Below are positions 21,661 through 31,562 of a DNA stretch of 52,218 nt, one piece after another. The notes under the pieces are model-generated. The model had not been told where the DNA came from, did no database searches, and worked only from the letters and a program-made list of their open reading frames with translations. The stretch's first letter is position 1. Every line of letters begins with the position of its first letter. Origin of the DNA: Candidatus Finniella inopinata (GTDB lineage Bacteria; Pseudomonadota; Alphaproteobacteria; Paracaedibacterales; VGCI01); contig CAMCRD010000003.1 of the NCBI GenBank assembly GCA_945877185.1, forward strand, positions 1-52,218, written 5' to 3'. The position numbers and the translations under genes are program-made.

Positions 21661-22740
21661 TCACAATGGATCTCCTGGTTGATAGTCTTTTGATGCAGAG
21701 CTTCCCTTAATGTCCCAAAAATGGATAGGAGATGTTTTGTTTTCAGGGCGTAAACAATCTATTTTATCTTCCGTCAAAATATCTCCCTGTTTTATAAGTC
21801 CTTTAGCATACATACTTTTTCGCACAACTCTGGCTGTATCTCTTTCATTACCTTGAGGGACCTTAAGGCCATCACCAAGAGCACTTTCAATTTCTCTCAC
21901 CTCCCAAACCATTCTCTTTAGCTCAGTTGGTGTCAAGGATGCTTTATGATCTGGACCAGGCAGATTTCGATCCAGCGTAAAGTGTTTTTCAATAATTTTA
22001 GCGCCCATGGCTGTAGCTGCAACGGGAATATGGGTCCCTAAGCTATGATCCGAGTACCCAACAGGGATAGAGAATTCATTTTCAAGGGTTGTCATGGCTC
22101 GTAAATTTATCAGTTGAGATGGGGCAGGGTATTCGCTTAAGCAATGGAGTAAAGAAACTTTTTCAGCAATAGACCCGAAATTCTGGTCTGAAGAATAATC
22201 AAGAAGATCTCTTAAACTTAAAGGGTCTTCTCGTCCTTTTTCATAACCCCATTTAAGAATTGATAAGGCTATCCTGACCTCGTCGAGCGTGGACATACCC
22301 GATGATAAGATGACGGATAGGTCGGCCTTAGCAGTTTCTAGGAGAAGAGGGCCATTTGTTAAATCTCCTGAGGAAATTTTAATCATATTGAGGCCAAGAG
22401 ACTTTAAAAAATGAAGAGAATCGAGATCGAAAGGCGTCGATAAAAACTTAGCGCCATCTTTTTGAAGGGCGTATTCATATAAGTCCTTAAAATCGCTTTC
22501 TTTCAGTTCATAACTTTTGAGCATTTCATATTGAGATTTTTCAGCTTTTAAGTTGTTCTTTTGATAAACAGCCATAGGGGCGTCTTTTTTAACCAAGGCG
22601 TCTACTTTGAAAGTTTGAAATTTAACGTAATCTGCGCCGACTTCACAAGCCACATCAATCATTTCTTTTGCAAGTTCTATATCACCATTATGGTTCACAC
22701 CACATTCGGCAATAATGATTACCTTTTGTTTAGGGTACAT
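21661..22740 (-). CDS. neuB: PEP-dependent ulosonic acid synthase (NeuB/LegI) with SAF domain
   Basis: IIAECGVNHNG, VKFQTF, STPFD, HCLSEYP, GYSDHS, IEKHFTLD, GPDH, RKS. Confidence 0.93.
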   Translation of the reverse strand: MYPKQKVIIIAECGVNHNGDIELAKEMIDVACEVGADYVKFQTFKVDALVKKDAPMAVYQKNNLKAEKSQYEMLKSYELKESDFKDLYEYALQKDGAKFLSTPFDLDSLHFLKSLGLNMIKISSGDLTNGPLLLETAKADLSVILSSGMSTLDEVRIALSILKWGYEKGREDPLSLRDLLDYSSDQNFGSIAEKVSLLHCLSEYPAPSQLINLRAMTTLENEFSIPVGYSDHSLGTHIPVAATAMGAKIIEKHFTLDRNLPGPDHKASLTPTELKRMVWEVREIESALGDGLKVPQGNERDTARVVRKSMYAKGLIKQGDILTEDKIDCLRPENKTSPIHFWDIKGSSASKDYQPGDPL

Positions 22741-23881
22741 ATGAACTTTCCATATATTTCATTAACGTATCTTTAACATACATGAGTTCATTATCTGTAA
22801 TGGAAGACGAAGATGGTAAAATTAAAATTTTATCCCAGATACGTTCGGATACATCCTGTTTTGTTTGAGGATAATCCTTATAGGGAGCTTGTTGATGGAT
22901 TGGTTTCCAAAACAACCGTGATTCGATGCTATTTTCTCTTAAGAAGCTTATAACTTCTTTAACCCGCCCTTCTGGCAGAAATATGCCAGACAACCAACAT
23001 GAACTCTCGTACCGCTGACTTTGAGGAAATAGAGTAACATTCTTTATTGTTTTGAAATGCTGATTATAAAATTCCCTAATATATTTTTTTCTTTGAATAA
23101 AGGTTTCGAGCTGCTCTAACTGAGCGCAACCAACAGCGGCCTCAATGTTTGTCATTCTGTAATTATAGCCAACAACATCATGATCGTAATCGGGACCAAC
23201 TCGTGCTGTGGTTGAGAGGTGCCGCGCTCTTTCCATTAAGTCTTGTCTATGGCCGACAATGGCGCCACCACCACCACATGTTATTGTTTTATTGCCATTA
23301 AATGAAAAAACGATCAAATCTGAATTTGTCGAACCAATTTTTGCATTGCCATAAGTAGCCCCTATTGCAGCTGCTGCATCAACGACAACAGGCAAGTTAT
23401 ATTTTTTTGCTAATCGATCAATATTTTCCATGTCTGCTGGTAATCCCAAAGCATAAACAGGAACAATAGCTCCTACGCGGCGCTGGGTCGCTTTGTGAAA
23501 TAGGGTTCCCTCTTTATAAAAAGTATCAGATTCTAAAATTTTTTCTAAAAGAGTTGCATCTAAATTCCAGTCTTTTTCGCTTACATCTACAATCCAGGGA
23601 ATGGCTCCACAATGCCGTACGGCATTTGCAGTTGCAATAAAAGTGAAGGAAGGAATGATGACAATATCGCCCGGCCTAACTTGAACCGTAACCAGCGCCA
23701 AATGGAGCGCACAAGTCCCTGAAGAAATCGCCAAGGCATAAGAAGCTCCTGTCTCTTTTTTTAATGCTTCTTCAAACTGGGTAACAAAAGGCCCAACTGA
23801 AGACACGAATCCGTCATCAATACATTGAGTTAAATACTTTTTCTCGTTTCCCGTAAGAGATGGAATAGCGCTCAGTATTAT
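22730..23881 (-). CDS. legC: LegC-family PLP-dependent C4 aminotransferase
   Basis: FIATANA, SFNGNKTITCGGGG, GYNYRMTN. The frame extends 25 codons beyond the ORF-track GTG (IILSAIPSLTGNEKKYLTQCIDDGF) to an ATA at 23881 preceded by AAGGAG. Confidence 0.88.
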   Translation of the reverse strand: MILSAIPSLTGNEKKYLTQCIDDGFVSSVGPFVTQFEEALKKETGASYALAISSGTCALHLALVTVQVRPGDIVIIPSFTFIATANAVRHCGAIPWIVDVSEKDWNLDATLLEKILESDTFYKEGTLFHKATQRRVGAIVPVYALGLPADMENIDRLAKKYNLPVVVDAAAAIGATYGNAKIGSTNSDLIVFSFNGNKTITCGGGGAIVGHRQDLMERARHLSTTARVGPDYDHDVVGYNYRMTNIEAAVGCAQLEQLETFIQRKKYIREFYNQHFKTIKNVTLFPQSQRYESSCWLSGIFLPEGRVKEVISFLRENSIESRLFWKPIHQQAPYKDYPQTKQDVSERIWDKILILPSSSSITDNELMYVKDTLMKYMESSYVP

Positions 23882-24858
23882 TTTAAGTCTCCTTGGCTAA
23901 ATTGGTTATCTCTATACCACTCAAAAGTTCTTTTCAGCCCCTCATTCAAACTTATTTGAGGTTCATAATTTGTGATAGCGATCAAGGCTGTGGTTTTTGG
24001 GACTCTCCGTGGGGGTGAACCTTGCGTATCTGGCATAGATTGTACAGATATTTTCTTTCCTGTTGTTTGCACGATCTGTTCTCCCAAATCTTTCATTGAA
24101 ATTTCAGGAGCTTCTACGCCTAAGTTGAGGGCTATGTTTTTTTCCGGACCCATCATTAATTTGATAATATAATTTACGGCGTCATCAATGTAGCAGAATG
24201 TCCTTTTATGTGTTGGGGAATATACCTCAAGAGCACCATTGTTATCTAAATAGAACGCTTTCTTCAAAAGTTGTGGGATAACATGTCTATTTCCCATCCG
24301 AGGACCATATATATTATGTGGTCTCAAAATTATGTATGGTATACCTGCATGTCGACATAAAGCTTCCCCATATATTTTAGAGAGCATATAGGAAGTTCTG
24401 CCATTTTCAAGGGGTGTAAGGGTAAGTGGGGTTTCTTCGGAGGTTGGAAAATCCAAAGAATAATGCTGCAAGGTACCCGCATAAACCTCACTTGTCGAAG
24501 TAAAGATTAACTTTTTTAATTTTTTTTGTATTTTTCCAATTTCTAAAGCACTTATGGTCATCCAAGCGTTTTGTTTCATGACTTCATATGGGTTTTGAGT
24601 TACATTTTCAACCCCGAGGAGTGCAGCTAAGTGAAAAATATAGTCATAATCTGTATCGGGCTTAAAACTCGCCCCTAAACTAGATAAATCATGCTGAAAA
24701 TATCGATGGGAGGGGTTTTCAAAAAAACATTGATCGTTTAAATCTTGGGTTTTTAAATCCCTATAATCGACTATATCAATGAATACACCTATCCCCTGTA
24801 TCTTTTGGGCTAAATGAAACCCAATAAATCCCAATCCACCTAAAATTAGTACCTTCAT
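23878..24858 (-). CDS. Extended SDR NDP-sugar enzyme (UDP-glucuronate-decarboxylase-like, or dehydratase)
   Basis: GGLGFIG, HLAALLGV, TSTSEVY, RTSYMLSK, NIYGP, RTFCYIDD. Confidence 0.75.
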   Translation of the reverse strand: MKVLILGGLGFIGFHLAQKIQGIGVFIDIVDYRDLKTQDLNDQCFFENPSHRYFQHDLSSLGASFKPDTDYDYIFHLAALLGVENVTQNPYEVMKQNAWMTISALEIGKIQKKLKKLIFTSTSEVYAGTLQHYSLDFPTSEETPLTLTPLENGRTSYMLSKIYGEALCRHAGIPYIILRPHNIYGPRMGNRHVIPQLLKKAFYLDNNGALEVYSPTHKRTFCYIDDAVNYIIKLMMGPEKNIALNLGVEAPEISMKDLGEQIVQTTGKKISVQSMPDTQGSPPRRVPKTTALIAITNYEPQISLNEGLKRTFEWYRDNQFSQGDLK

Positions 24859-24870
24859 TTATCCTCGAAA

Positions 24871-26259
24871 CTATGCTTTCCCGCGGCCAATAACAAATAT
24901 ATTGTGATCTTTTTCGATCAATTCTTGTATGCTACCCTCACTCAAAAGGCGACAGGCATCCATAATCAAAGGCTGGCTTTGGCCTAACCACTCACTTATG
25001 TTGAGTTTTTTATAATTTTGATGCGCCACCCCGAATATAACTGCATCAAATTCTGCAGGGTCAAGTTGGTGAATATTGGTTTCAACTTGAACATTTGTCT
25101 CAGGCCATCTTTCAACAAGGGGATCATGGCAAATTACAGTTGCTCCTTGAGCAATCGCCGCGCGATAAAAAATCTCAGCGGGTGAGTATCGCGTATCTCC
25201 AATATCCTCTCGGTAACTGATACCCATCAATAACAGTTTTTTGTTATGCAAACTGCCAAGTTGTTCTTGGACTCGCTTGAGGCAGCGAAGCGGCATTTGT
25301 TGGTTAACTTGAACGGCAAGCTCACAAAATGGAAATTCAAACCCCTTTAGATTTAAGATATTTTCGCTTCCTAATGAAGCATATAAGGGATCTTTTGTGA
25401 GGCAGTAGCCCCCAACGCCAAACCCAGGTTGGCGAATGTTGGAATGTGTCGGACGCAGTCTTATAGCATCAACAACTTCATTTAGGTCAATACCGAGCTT
25501 TTCAGAAAATTCAGCCCATTCTTCAATGAGAGCTATGTTAATGGCGCGGTAGCTGTTTTCGAGAACCTTAGCAATTTCAGAGGCTTCAAGGGTCTTTAAC
25601 CTTGTTAAGGGCCATTCTTTGGCATTGATGACCCGAGATAAAAAAAGTTCACATAAATCCGCTGATTTTTCGTTATATCCAGCGTAGCAACGATAAAAGT
25701 CTGTAATAGATTTTAAATAATCTTTTCCTGGCATGACGCGTTCATAAGAATGGCACAAAAGAATATCTTCTGGTTTGTGACCATTTTTTAGAAAACCCTC
25801 CTGAATAATAGGGAGAATAATATTACGACATGTTCCTGGAGGCACCGTTGTTTCAATAATTACCAGACATTCCGGAGACATTCTTTCAGAAAAAATATGG
25901 ATTGCTTGCTTAAAGTCATCCAGCAAAAAATTCTTATTTGGATCCGTTAGGGAGTCAATGCCAAAGGCGATGCTCACAATAATATAATCAGCTTGCTTAA
26001 AGACGTCAGGATCGCATGTAGCCGTTAAATTACCCTGTTGATGTGCTTTGCGCGTTGCTTCCTGTAGTTCATGATCGGTTGTTGGGAAAGGGAATATGCC
26101 TTGATTCAGCGAATCAACCCTCATTCTTCCTAAGGGGTTATCGAGATCGACCCCAATAACGCGATAGGCTGGGGTTTCTTTATTTGCCATAGCAGAGGCC
26201 GTTGCAACTGCCATAGCGCTACCAACGAATCCCAAACCTTGTATACAAACAGTTTTCAT
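24871..26259 (-). CDS. NDP-N-acetylhexosamine/hexose 6-dehydrogenase
   Basis: GLGFVG, IETTVPPGT, catalytic K in EIAKVLEN, catalytic C in GVGGYCLTKD. Confidence 0.9.
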   Translation of the reverse strand: MKTVCIQGLGFVGSAMAVATASAMANKETPAYRVIGVDLDNPLGRMRVDSLNQGIFPFPTTDHELQEATRKAHQQGNLTATCDPDVFKQADYIIVSIAFGIDSLTDPNKNFLLDDFKQAIHIFSERMSPECLVIIETTVPPGTCRNIILPIIQEGFLKNGHKPEDILLCHSYERVMPGKDYLKSITDFYRCYAGYNEKSADLCELFLSRVINAKEWPLTRLKTLEASEIAKVLENSYRAINIALIEEWAEFSEKLGIDLNEVVDAIRLRPTHSNIRQPGFGVGGYCLTKDPLYASLGSENILNLKGFEFPFCELAVQVNQQMPLRCLKRVQEQLGSLHNKKLLLMGISYREDIGDTRYSPAEIFYRAAIAQGATVICHDPLVERWPETNVQVETNIHQLDPAEFDAVIFGVAHQNYKKLNISEWLGQSQPLIMDACRLLSEGSIQELIEKDHNIFVIGRGKA

Positions 26260-26281
26260 ATATTATCTATTTCAAAAATTT

Positions 26282-27583
26282 CTATTCTAAACCTAAAAGC
26301 CATTTGTTTTTCTGTAAAAACATCGCTCCAATTCGAAAAGAGGGCACACCCTTTTTTCGCTCTTCTTCTAAACCAACATGGGACCAAAATAGATTCTGCA
26401 AGGTTATTTCTTCTTCAGATTCTTGCCATTCACCGTTCAATCGACGATGCATTTCTAAAGCTAAATCTCTAATTTCTTCGGATGTATTCTCAATAAGCTC
26501 AATATTGTTTTCCACAAATAGCTCTGTTCTATTAAAATATGCCATTCCCCGGTTAACAATTTCTTTTGCGCTTAAAAAGCGTTTCTCGTCCTTGCACCAA
26601 TATTTCTTAAAGATCATGAGATCGTAAGGAGCACAGGCTTCGTAAACATTGCAAAGCATTGAAACGACGTTTACATAGGCAACAGGCTTTCGAAAAAGGG
26701 CAGCAACGGTAATGGGTCCAGTGCTTGCGCTTAAGAAGAATTTGCATTTTGATAAGATGAAAATATCCATAAAATCGGTACGATAATTTAGAGCATAATC
26801 AATAATACGAGAATGGTTAACGGGTAAGTCCTCTGCGTGGGTGACCCCCATGCGTAAGCAAAAATATCCTATTTGAGCAAGTTCCTCTATAGCATCTTTA
26901 TAATGCTTTACGGATGTGTCTCGATAATTATGGTAGCTTGTATCACATTTGTGAAATCGCTGCTTCAAATACTCGGCTTCTCTATTCATGAAAGGAACGA
27001 TAGGTCCATCGATGCCCATTTTCTGAAGTTGTTCCTGCCCAAATTTTTCTTCTTCTTTAGTAAACGATATATGGATTTTACTCTTCCAAACTATACCATG
27101 CCTATCCGTGCTCTTATCCATGGGTAAAATGTGCGGTTCATGTCCAGGAAATACCTTATTTAAGGTATCTAGATATTTTGCAAAACTGAAAATAGGAAGC
27201 CTACTTCTATTCCACATTTTTGCTAATTGAGAGTTAGCTACTACATAGGACTTATCTGGCAAGGCATGGTAAAAGAGATCTAAACAACGTTTTTTAGGTT
27301 GGCCAACCTTCCATTCTTTTTTACAAAGATAAATTTCTTGGTCAATGGCTAAATGCCCAAAAGAAGCAGATTGGATAGGAGAAAATCTTATTAAAACGAT
27401 GGGTCTAAGTCCCCTTATGATCATTGCAGGTAGGAATGCTAAACCTATTAAAGCAAGATTCTTCAGTTTCTTTATGACAGCTTTGAAACCATTATTTCGT
27501 ATCTCTATAAAGTGGCGTGTTGGGTTTAGCCACTTTTTCAAATCATTAGAGATTGTTTGCATCTTCTCAATTTCTATTTTCAT
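26282..27583 (-). CDS. Putative glycosyltransferase, TIGR04372-like
   Basis: FGHL, VANSQL, HNYRD, LRMG, DFMDIFILSKCKFF, ENTSEEI, C-terminal IG..FL. Confidence 0.75.
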   Translation of the reverse strand: MKIEIEKMQTISNDLKKWLNPTRHFIEIRNNGFKAVIKKLKNLALIGLAFLPAMIIRGLRPIVLIRFSPIQSASFGHLAIDQEIYLCKKEWKVGQPKKRCLDLFYHALPDKSYVVANSQLAKMWNRSRLPIFSFAKYLDTLNKVFPGHEPHILPMDKSTDRHGIVWKSKIHISFTKEEEKFGQEQLQKMGIDGPIVPFMNREAEYLKQRFHKCDTSYHNYRDTSVKHYKDAIEELAQIGYFCLRMGVTHAEDLPVNHSRIIDYALNYRTDFMDIFILSKCKFFLSASTGPITVAALFRKPVAYVNVVSMLCNVYEACAPYDLMIFKKYWCKDEKRFLSAKEIVNRGMAYFNRTELFVENNIELIENTSEEIRDLALEMHRRLNGEWQESEEEITLQNLFWSHVGLEEERKKGVPSFRIGAMFLQKNKWLLGLE

Positions 27584-29376
27584 GTATTTGATCGTTTAAG
27601 GTTTTTTTGAGTTAATTCTTCATATTCGAACTGATCTATTAATTCTCCTTCAGACATCATGATCACTCGATCACATTTCTTTAGTGTTGTAAGACGATGC
27701 GCAATCATAATAACAGTGCGATCTTGGCTAATGGCATGGATTGTTTCCATGAGTCGAGCTTCTGTTTCGTTATCCAGAGCTGCTGTTGCTTCATCAAAGA
27801 TAAGGACGTCTGGGTTGCGATAGAGGGCACGCGCAATAGCAATCCGTTGCCTCTCACCGCCTGAAAGTCGGATCCCTCGCTCACCGACAATGGTTTTTGT
27901 GTCCTCAGGAAGCGACTTAATAAGCTTAGTAAGCTGGGCCGCCTCAATGACTTTGGTTAACTGGACTCTATCAATATTTTCAGGACTTATACCAAAAGCA
28001 ACGTTTGCTTCAATTGTGTCGTCTAATAAATAAATAGATTGAGGTACATAACCGATTTCTTGGTGCCATTGGTAAGAGTTAACGGGGTATTGATTGTCAC
28101 AAAGGATGCTTCCTGCATAAGGCTTTAATAACCCTAAGATTAAATCGACAAGAGTTGATTTTCCAGATCCCGTTTCGCCAACAATCCCAATGCATTCACC
28201 TCTTTTAATAATGAGATTAATATTTTTTAAGGCGTCATTGGGGCTGTTGTTATAGCGAAATGAAACATTATGAATGCTAAGAGATTGAAAAAATTGGAAG
28301 TTAGGAATATCTTGATAACTCTCTTTTTCAAAAGCTAGATGATATTCTTTATGTACACGTTCTATTGCAGGAATAGCTGATTTGAAGGTATTTGTCTGAC
28401 TAATAATGCGGTTGAGAGCCGGCATCAAGCGAAAAGCTGCATAAAGATACCCTCCCAAAATTCCCATCATTTCTTGCATCATACCATTTGTAAGAAATAG
28501 ATATGAGATGGCTACAACAAATAGGCCAACAAATAAAACCTCTATAACCATTCGTGGCAGAGCATTGGTCGCTAATTGAATAGCCTGGACTCGGGCCTTG
28601 CGCCGGGCATGGATTTGATACGCATTTATAAAAGCATCCCTTTTGCCATTGAGAATAATCTCTTTAAAGCCATGAAAAAATTGATAAAGATTTTGTGAAC
28701 ATTGCATCGAGGCTTCTTGCAAATGTTGCCCCCACCGATAAAAAAGCGGCAATACGAATTTGCTGACAACAAGTGTAAAGACGGTGCCAATTCCGAAGAT
28801 AAATATTGCAAGTGATGGATTCATATAAATGATCATAGAAACAAGACAGAAAGCAACAATGCTCTCAGACAAGATGGCGGCCAGAGTTACCATGCCTGCT
28901 GAAAAAATGAACTCCACATCTCCCCCAACAATAGCGGCATTATAGGAAGAATTTCGGGTAAGATAGAAGCTATAATCAATTTCTGCATAGCGTTGTAGGA
29001 TTTTATTTTTGAAATGATAACACATTTTTTGGATAGAGAAATTTTGATAGAAGGTTTCTATAGCAGCGACGATATTTTTAATTAGATAAACAATTCCGAA
29101 TATCACAGCAATATACAATATAACATGGTTAGGCGTTAAATTTTCTTTAAATCCGACTACATTCAAATAGTGTATGCCAATTTCTGGTTGATTTAAGACT
29201 TGAGCAAAAATAACAATGATTGTTGCTGCGACGATCTCTAGACAAGACATGCATAAAGCAAATCCTAAAATTCCAAGCCATTGAAGTTTTTCAGAGCGAG
29301 TGAGTAGAAAGAAAAGTTTTTGTACACTCGAGAAAATTGATGGAATTTCTAAAGATGAAGTTAACTTTTTAGTCAT
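27580..29376 (-). CDS. ABC exporter, fused permease plus ATPase (PglK/MsbA-like glycolipid flippase)
   Basis: N-terminal transmembrane domain; Walker A GETGSGKST, signature LSGGERQR, Walker B LIFDEAT, IAHRL. Confidence 0.9.
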   Translation of the reverse strand: MTKKLTSSLEIPSIFSSVQKLFFLLTRSEKLQWLGILGFALCMSCLEIVAATIIVIFAQVLNQPEIGIHYLNVVGFKENLTPNHVILYIAVIFGIVYLIKNIVAAIETFYQNFSIQKMCYHFKNKILQRYAEIDYSFYLTRNSSYNAAIVGGDVEFIFSAGMVTLAAILSESIVAFCLVSMIIYMNPSLAIFIFGIGTVFTLVVSKFVLPLFYRWGQHLQEASMQCSQNLYQFFHGFKEIILNGKRDAFINAYQIHARRKARVQAIQLATNALPRMVIEVLFVGLFVVAISYLFLTNGMMQEMMGILGGYLYAAFRLMPALNRIISQTNTFKSAIPAIERVHKEYHLAFEKESYQDIPNFQFFQSLSIHNVSFRYNNSPNDALKNINLIIKRGECIGIVGETGSGKSTLVDLILGLLKPYAGSILCDNQYPVNSYQWHQEIGYVPQSIYLLDDTIEANVAFGISPENIDRVQLTKVIEAAQLTKLIKSLPEDTKTIVGERGIRLSGGERQRIAIARALYRNPDVLIFDEATAALDNETEARLMETIHAISQDRTVIMIAHRLTTLKKCDRVIMMSEGELIDQFEYEELTQKNLKRSNT

Positions 29377-29521
29377 TTAAACCTAAATATTTTTTGATAA
29401 ACTGGGTACATATTTCGAAAATTATGGTATCAAATCCAAGATCTTTATAGATAACTCGAAAAAAACTTAAGAGTTTAACATCACTATACAAGCGATACAT
29501 TCAAGTTAAAGAAAACTATTT

Positions 29522-30484
29522 TTACAGCGTATCCATTTTTTCATAAAACATATGTGCCTTAGGAAAATGATAACCGAAGATTTTGATGCACATTTCATCG
29601 AGTTGTTCATATGAAAACTGTGGAGAGTATGATAATTCTTTAAGCAAAATAAGTGCTTTTCTCTCCAGATACCTGAATAAAGGGTTGTCTTGATAAAGTG
29701 AAAAATTAATTCCCTTTTCTAAGCCTTTTATTAAAAATTGGAAGGCTACATCTGTAGCCTTATTCTGAAAAAGAAACACAGATAGATAAATAATATTTTG
29801 TGCAAGTAAGTTTAAGTTTTTTTCTGCAAAAATTATTTCTGGATCCTTGATCCAAATACCATCTGTTGAAACAAGATATCCATATTTATCGTTAAGCGTA
29901 TAAGGTGAACATGCGATTCCTTTGCCATCGTACTCCAAATTCACAAGTTCAAACCCATAAGATGATAGATAGTCATTTATATCAGCGAACATAGGAGCAT
30001 TTTTGAAAACCCTGCGAAATGAAACTTCGGACCTTACACCCAAAATATTATTCTTGAGTTGCTTTTCAGCCCCACACAAAACGTCAAGCTCAGAACCTTC
30101 TACATCAAGCTTAAGAAATTGGGCTTTCTCTTCTTTAAAGACGTTATCCACGGTATCTAACTTAATAGAATGCCGCTCACGTACCTCAAATTCCACTGTC
30201 ATATGGTCAATTTTTGAAATACTATCCTGTTGGACTTCAAAAAGTGAATTTAAGGCTTTGTGAGAAAACTCATTATACTCATGAATTTCCTTGTTACGAC
30301 TCAATCCTAGATGATGGATTTTAATATTTTCATGGTTTTTGTACTTATTTTGGAGGCGTTCGCATTCAGCTTGATCAATATCAAAAAGATGAAATTCACA
30401 AAGATCTTTCAATTCTTGCCAGCTTGGATGGAGCCCATAACGAGCCCCAGCATCAATTATGAGTGGATGCAAAGGATAACTCAT
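29522..30484 (-). CDS. FkbM-family methyltransferase
   Basis: IDAGARYG, LKLDVEGSELDVL.G, SEVSF, GFEL. Confidence 0.85.
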   Translation of the reverse strand: MSYPLHPLIIDAGARYGLHPSWQELKDLCEFHLFDIDQAECERLQNKYKNHENIKIHHLGLSRNKEIHEYNEFSHKALNSLFEVQQDSISKIDHMTVEFEVRERHSIKLDTVDNVFKEEKAQFLKLDVEGSELDVLCGAEKQLKNNILGVRSEVSFRRVFKNAPMFADINDYLSSYGFELVNLEYDGKGIACSPYTLNDKYGYLVSTDGIWIKDPEIIFAEKNLNLLAQNIIYLSVFLFQNKATDVAFQFLIKGLEKGINFSLYQDNPLFRYLERKALILLKELSYSPQFSYEQLDEMCIKIFGYHFPKAHMFYEKMDTL

Positions 30485-30489
30485 TTTTC

Positions 30490-31530
30490 TTAAGCTTTAA
30501 GCTTTTTGGGAAGATTTTGCATATACTCACCTCCATGGTTTGTAACGGCTACTCTACCAAAATATTGATCAAATAAGTCTTCGAATGACAAATTATACTC
30601 TTCATTTTTCTGGTATGCCCGTGGAATACCAAACATATCTTCACGATTTATGACATCCAACTTTTTAACCAGCTTAAACCCTAAGTCTTGGAGAACATTG
30701 TCATAATTAAACGTGTGTCTATTCGGTTTTAGCTTATTACTATCTCGGATATAAAAATAACCTCCATTTTTCAAACATCTAACTGTGTTGTGTAATAACC
30801 AAACAATTCCAGCAGGTGATACTTCGTTAAGAACGAAAGTAGCCGTTGCCAAATCAACTGATTTATCCCCCAGCATAGAAAAGTGCCATGAAGGCAGATG
30901 GAAAAAGGCGTATTTCTCGATGGATGATAAGTGCTCTTTAATTTTACTTTCAGAAACTCCTAGAGTCTCAGCATTAATCAAATCATAATACGGGTTAGTA
31001 GCATGAGAAAGGTATCTATAAATAAGCCGTTGCACGGCATACATATAATCATTTGCTTCCAAAGCTATATAAGATGAATTTAAAATCTTATTACTATAAA
31101 TTGCATGAGTCCCTAGGCCTGGGCCAATATCTAAATGCACTGGTTTATTAGGTAACTCACTTAGAAAAAGTTCATTAAATGAAAAATCTTGTGTTCTAGC
31201 CAATGCAGTACACTTAATATTATTTTTAATTCTTTTATCTATCTCTAGAGAGGGGAAAAAATGACTTACGACCTTTTCAAGTGTTTCATTAAGGCTATTA
31301 AAACATTCATCATGTTGTTTTGATTTTTTTAAGACTTCAGGTGATTCATATTCTTCATAATACATAGATAAGCATTGTAAAATAGCATATTCTTGCTTCA
31401 AAAAACTATGTCCATCCATCCGCGATCCATCCACCCACGAGAATGGGTTTCCTATTCTGCTCCACCGATCATCAAATACCCAGCGCTGACTTAACATTGC
31501 TTTTTCTAATGAGTTAAAAAAATCTTTCAT
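30490..31530 (-). CDS. Class I SAM-dependent (sugar O-) methyltransferase
   Basis: HLDIGPGLG, SVDLATATFVLNE, LKNGGYFYIRD. Confidence 0.75.
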   Translation of the reverse strand: MKDFFNSLEKAMLSQRWVFDDRWSRIGNPFSWVDGSRMDGHSFLKQEYAILQCLSMYYEEYESPEVLKKSKQHDECFNSLNETLEKVVSHFFPSLEIDKRIKNNIKCTALARTQDFSFNELFLSELPNKPVHLDIGPGLGTHAIYSNKILNSSYIALEANDYMYAVQRLIYRYLSHATNPYYDLINAETLGVSESKIKEHLSSIEKYAFFHLPSWHFSMLGDKSVDLATATFVLNEVSPAGIVWLLHNTVRCLKNGGYFYIRDSNKLKPNRHTFNYDNVLQDLGFKLVKKLDVINREDMFGIPRAYQKNEEYNLSFEDLFDQYFGRVAVTNHGGEYMQNLPKKLKA

Positions 31531-31562
31531 AAAAATTTTATCCTTTTATATGTTCTCTGTTA

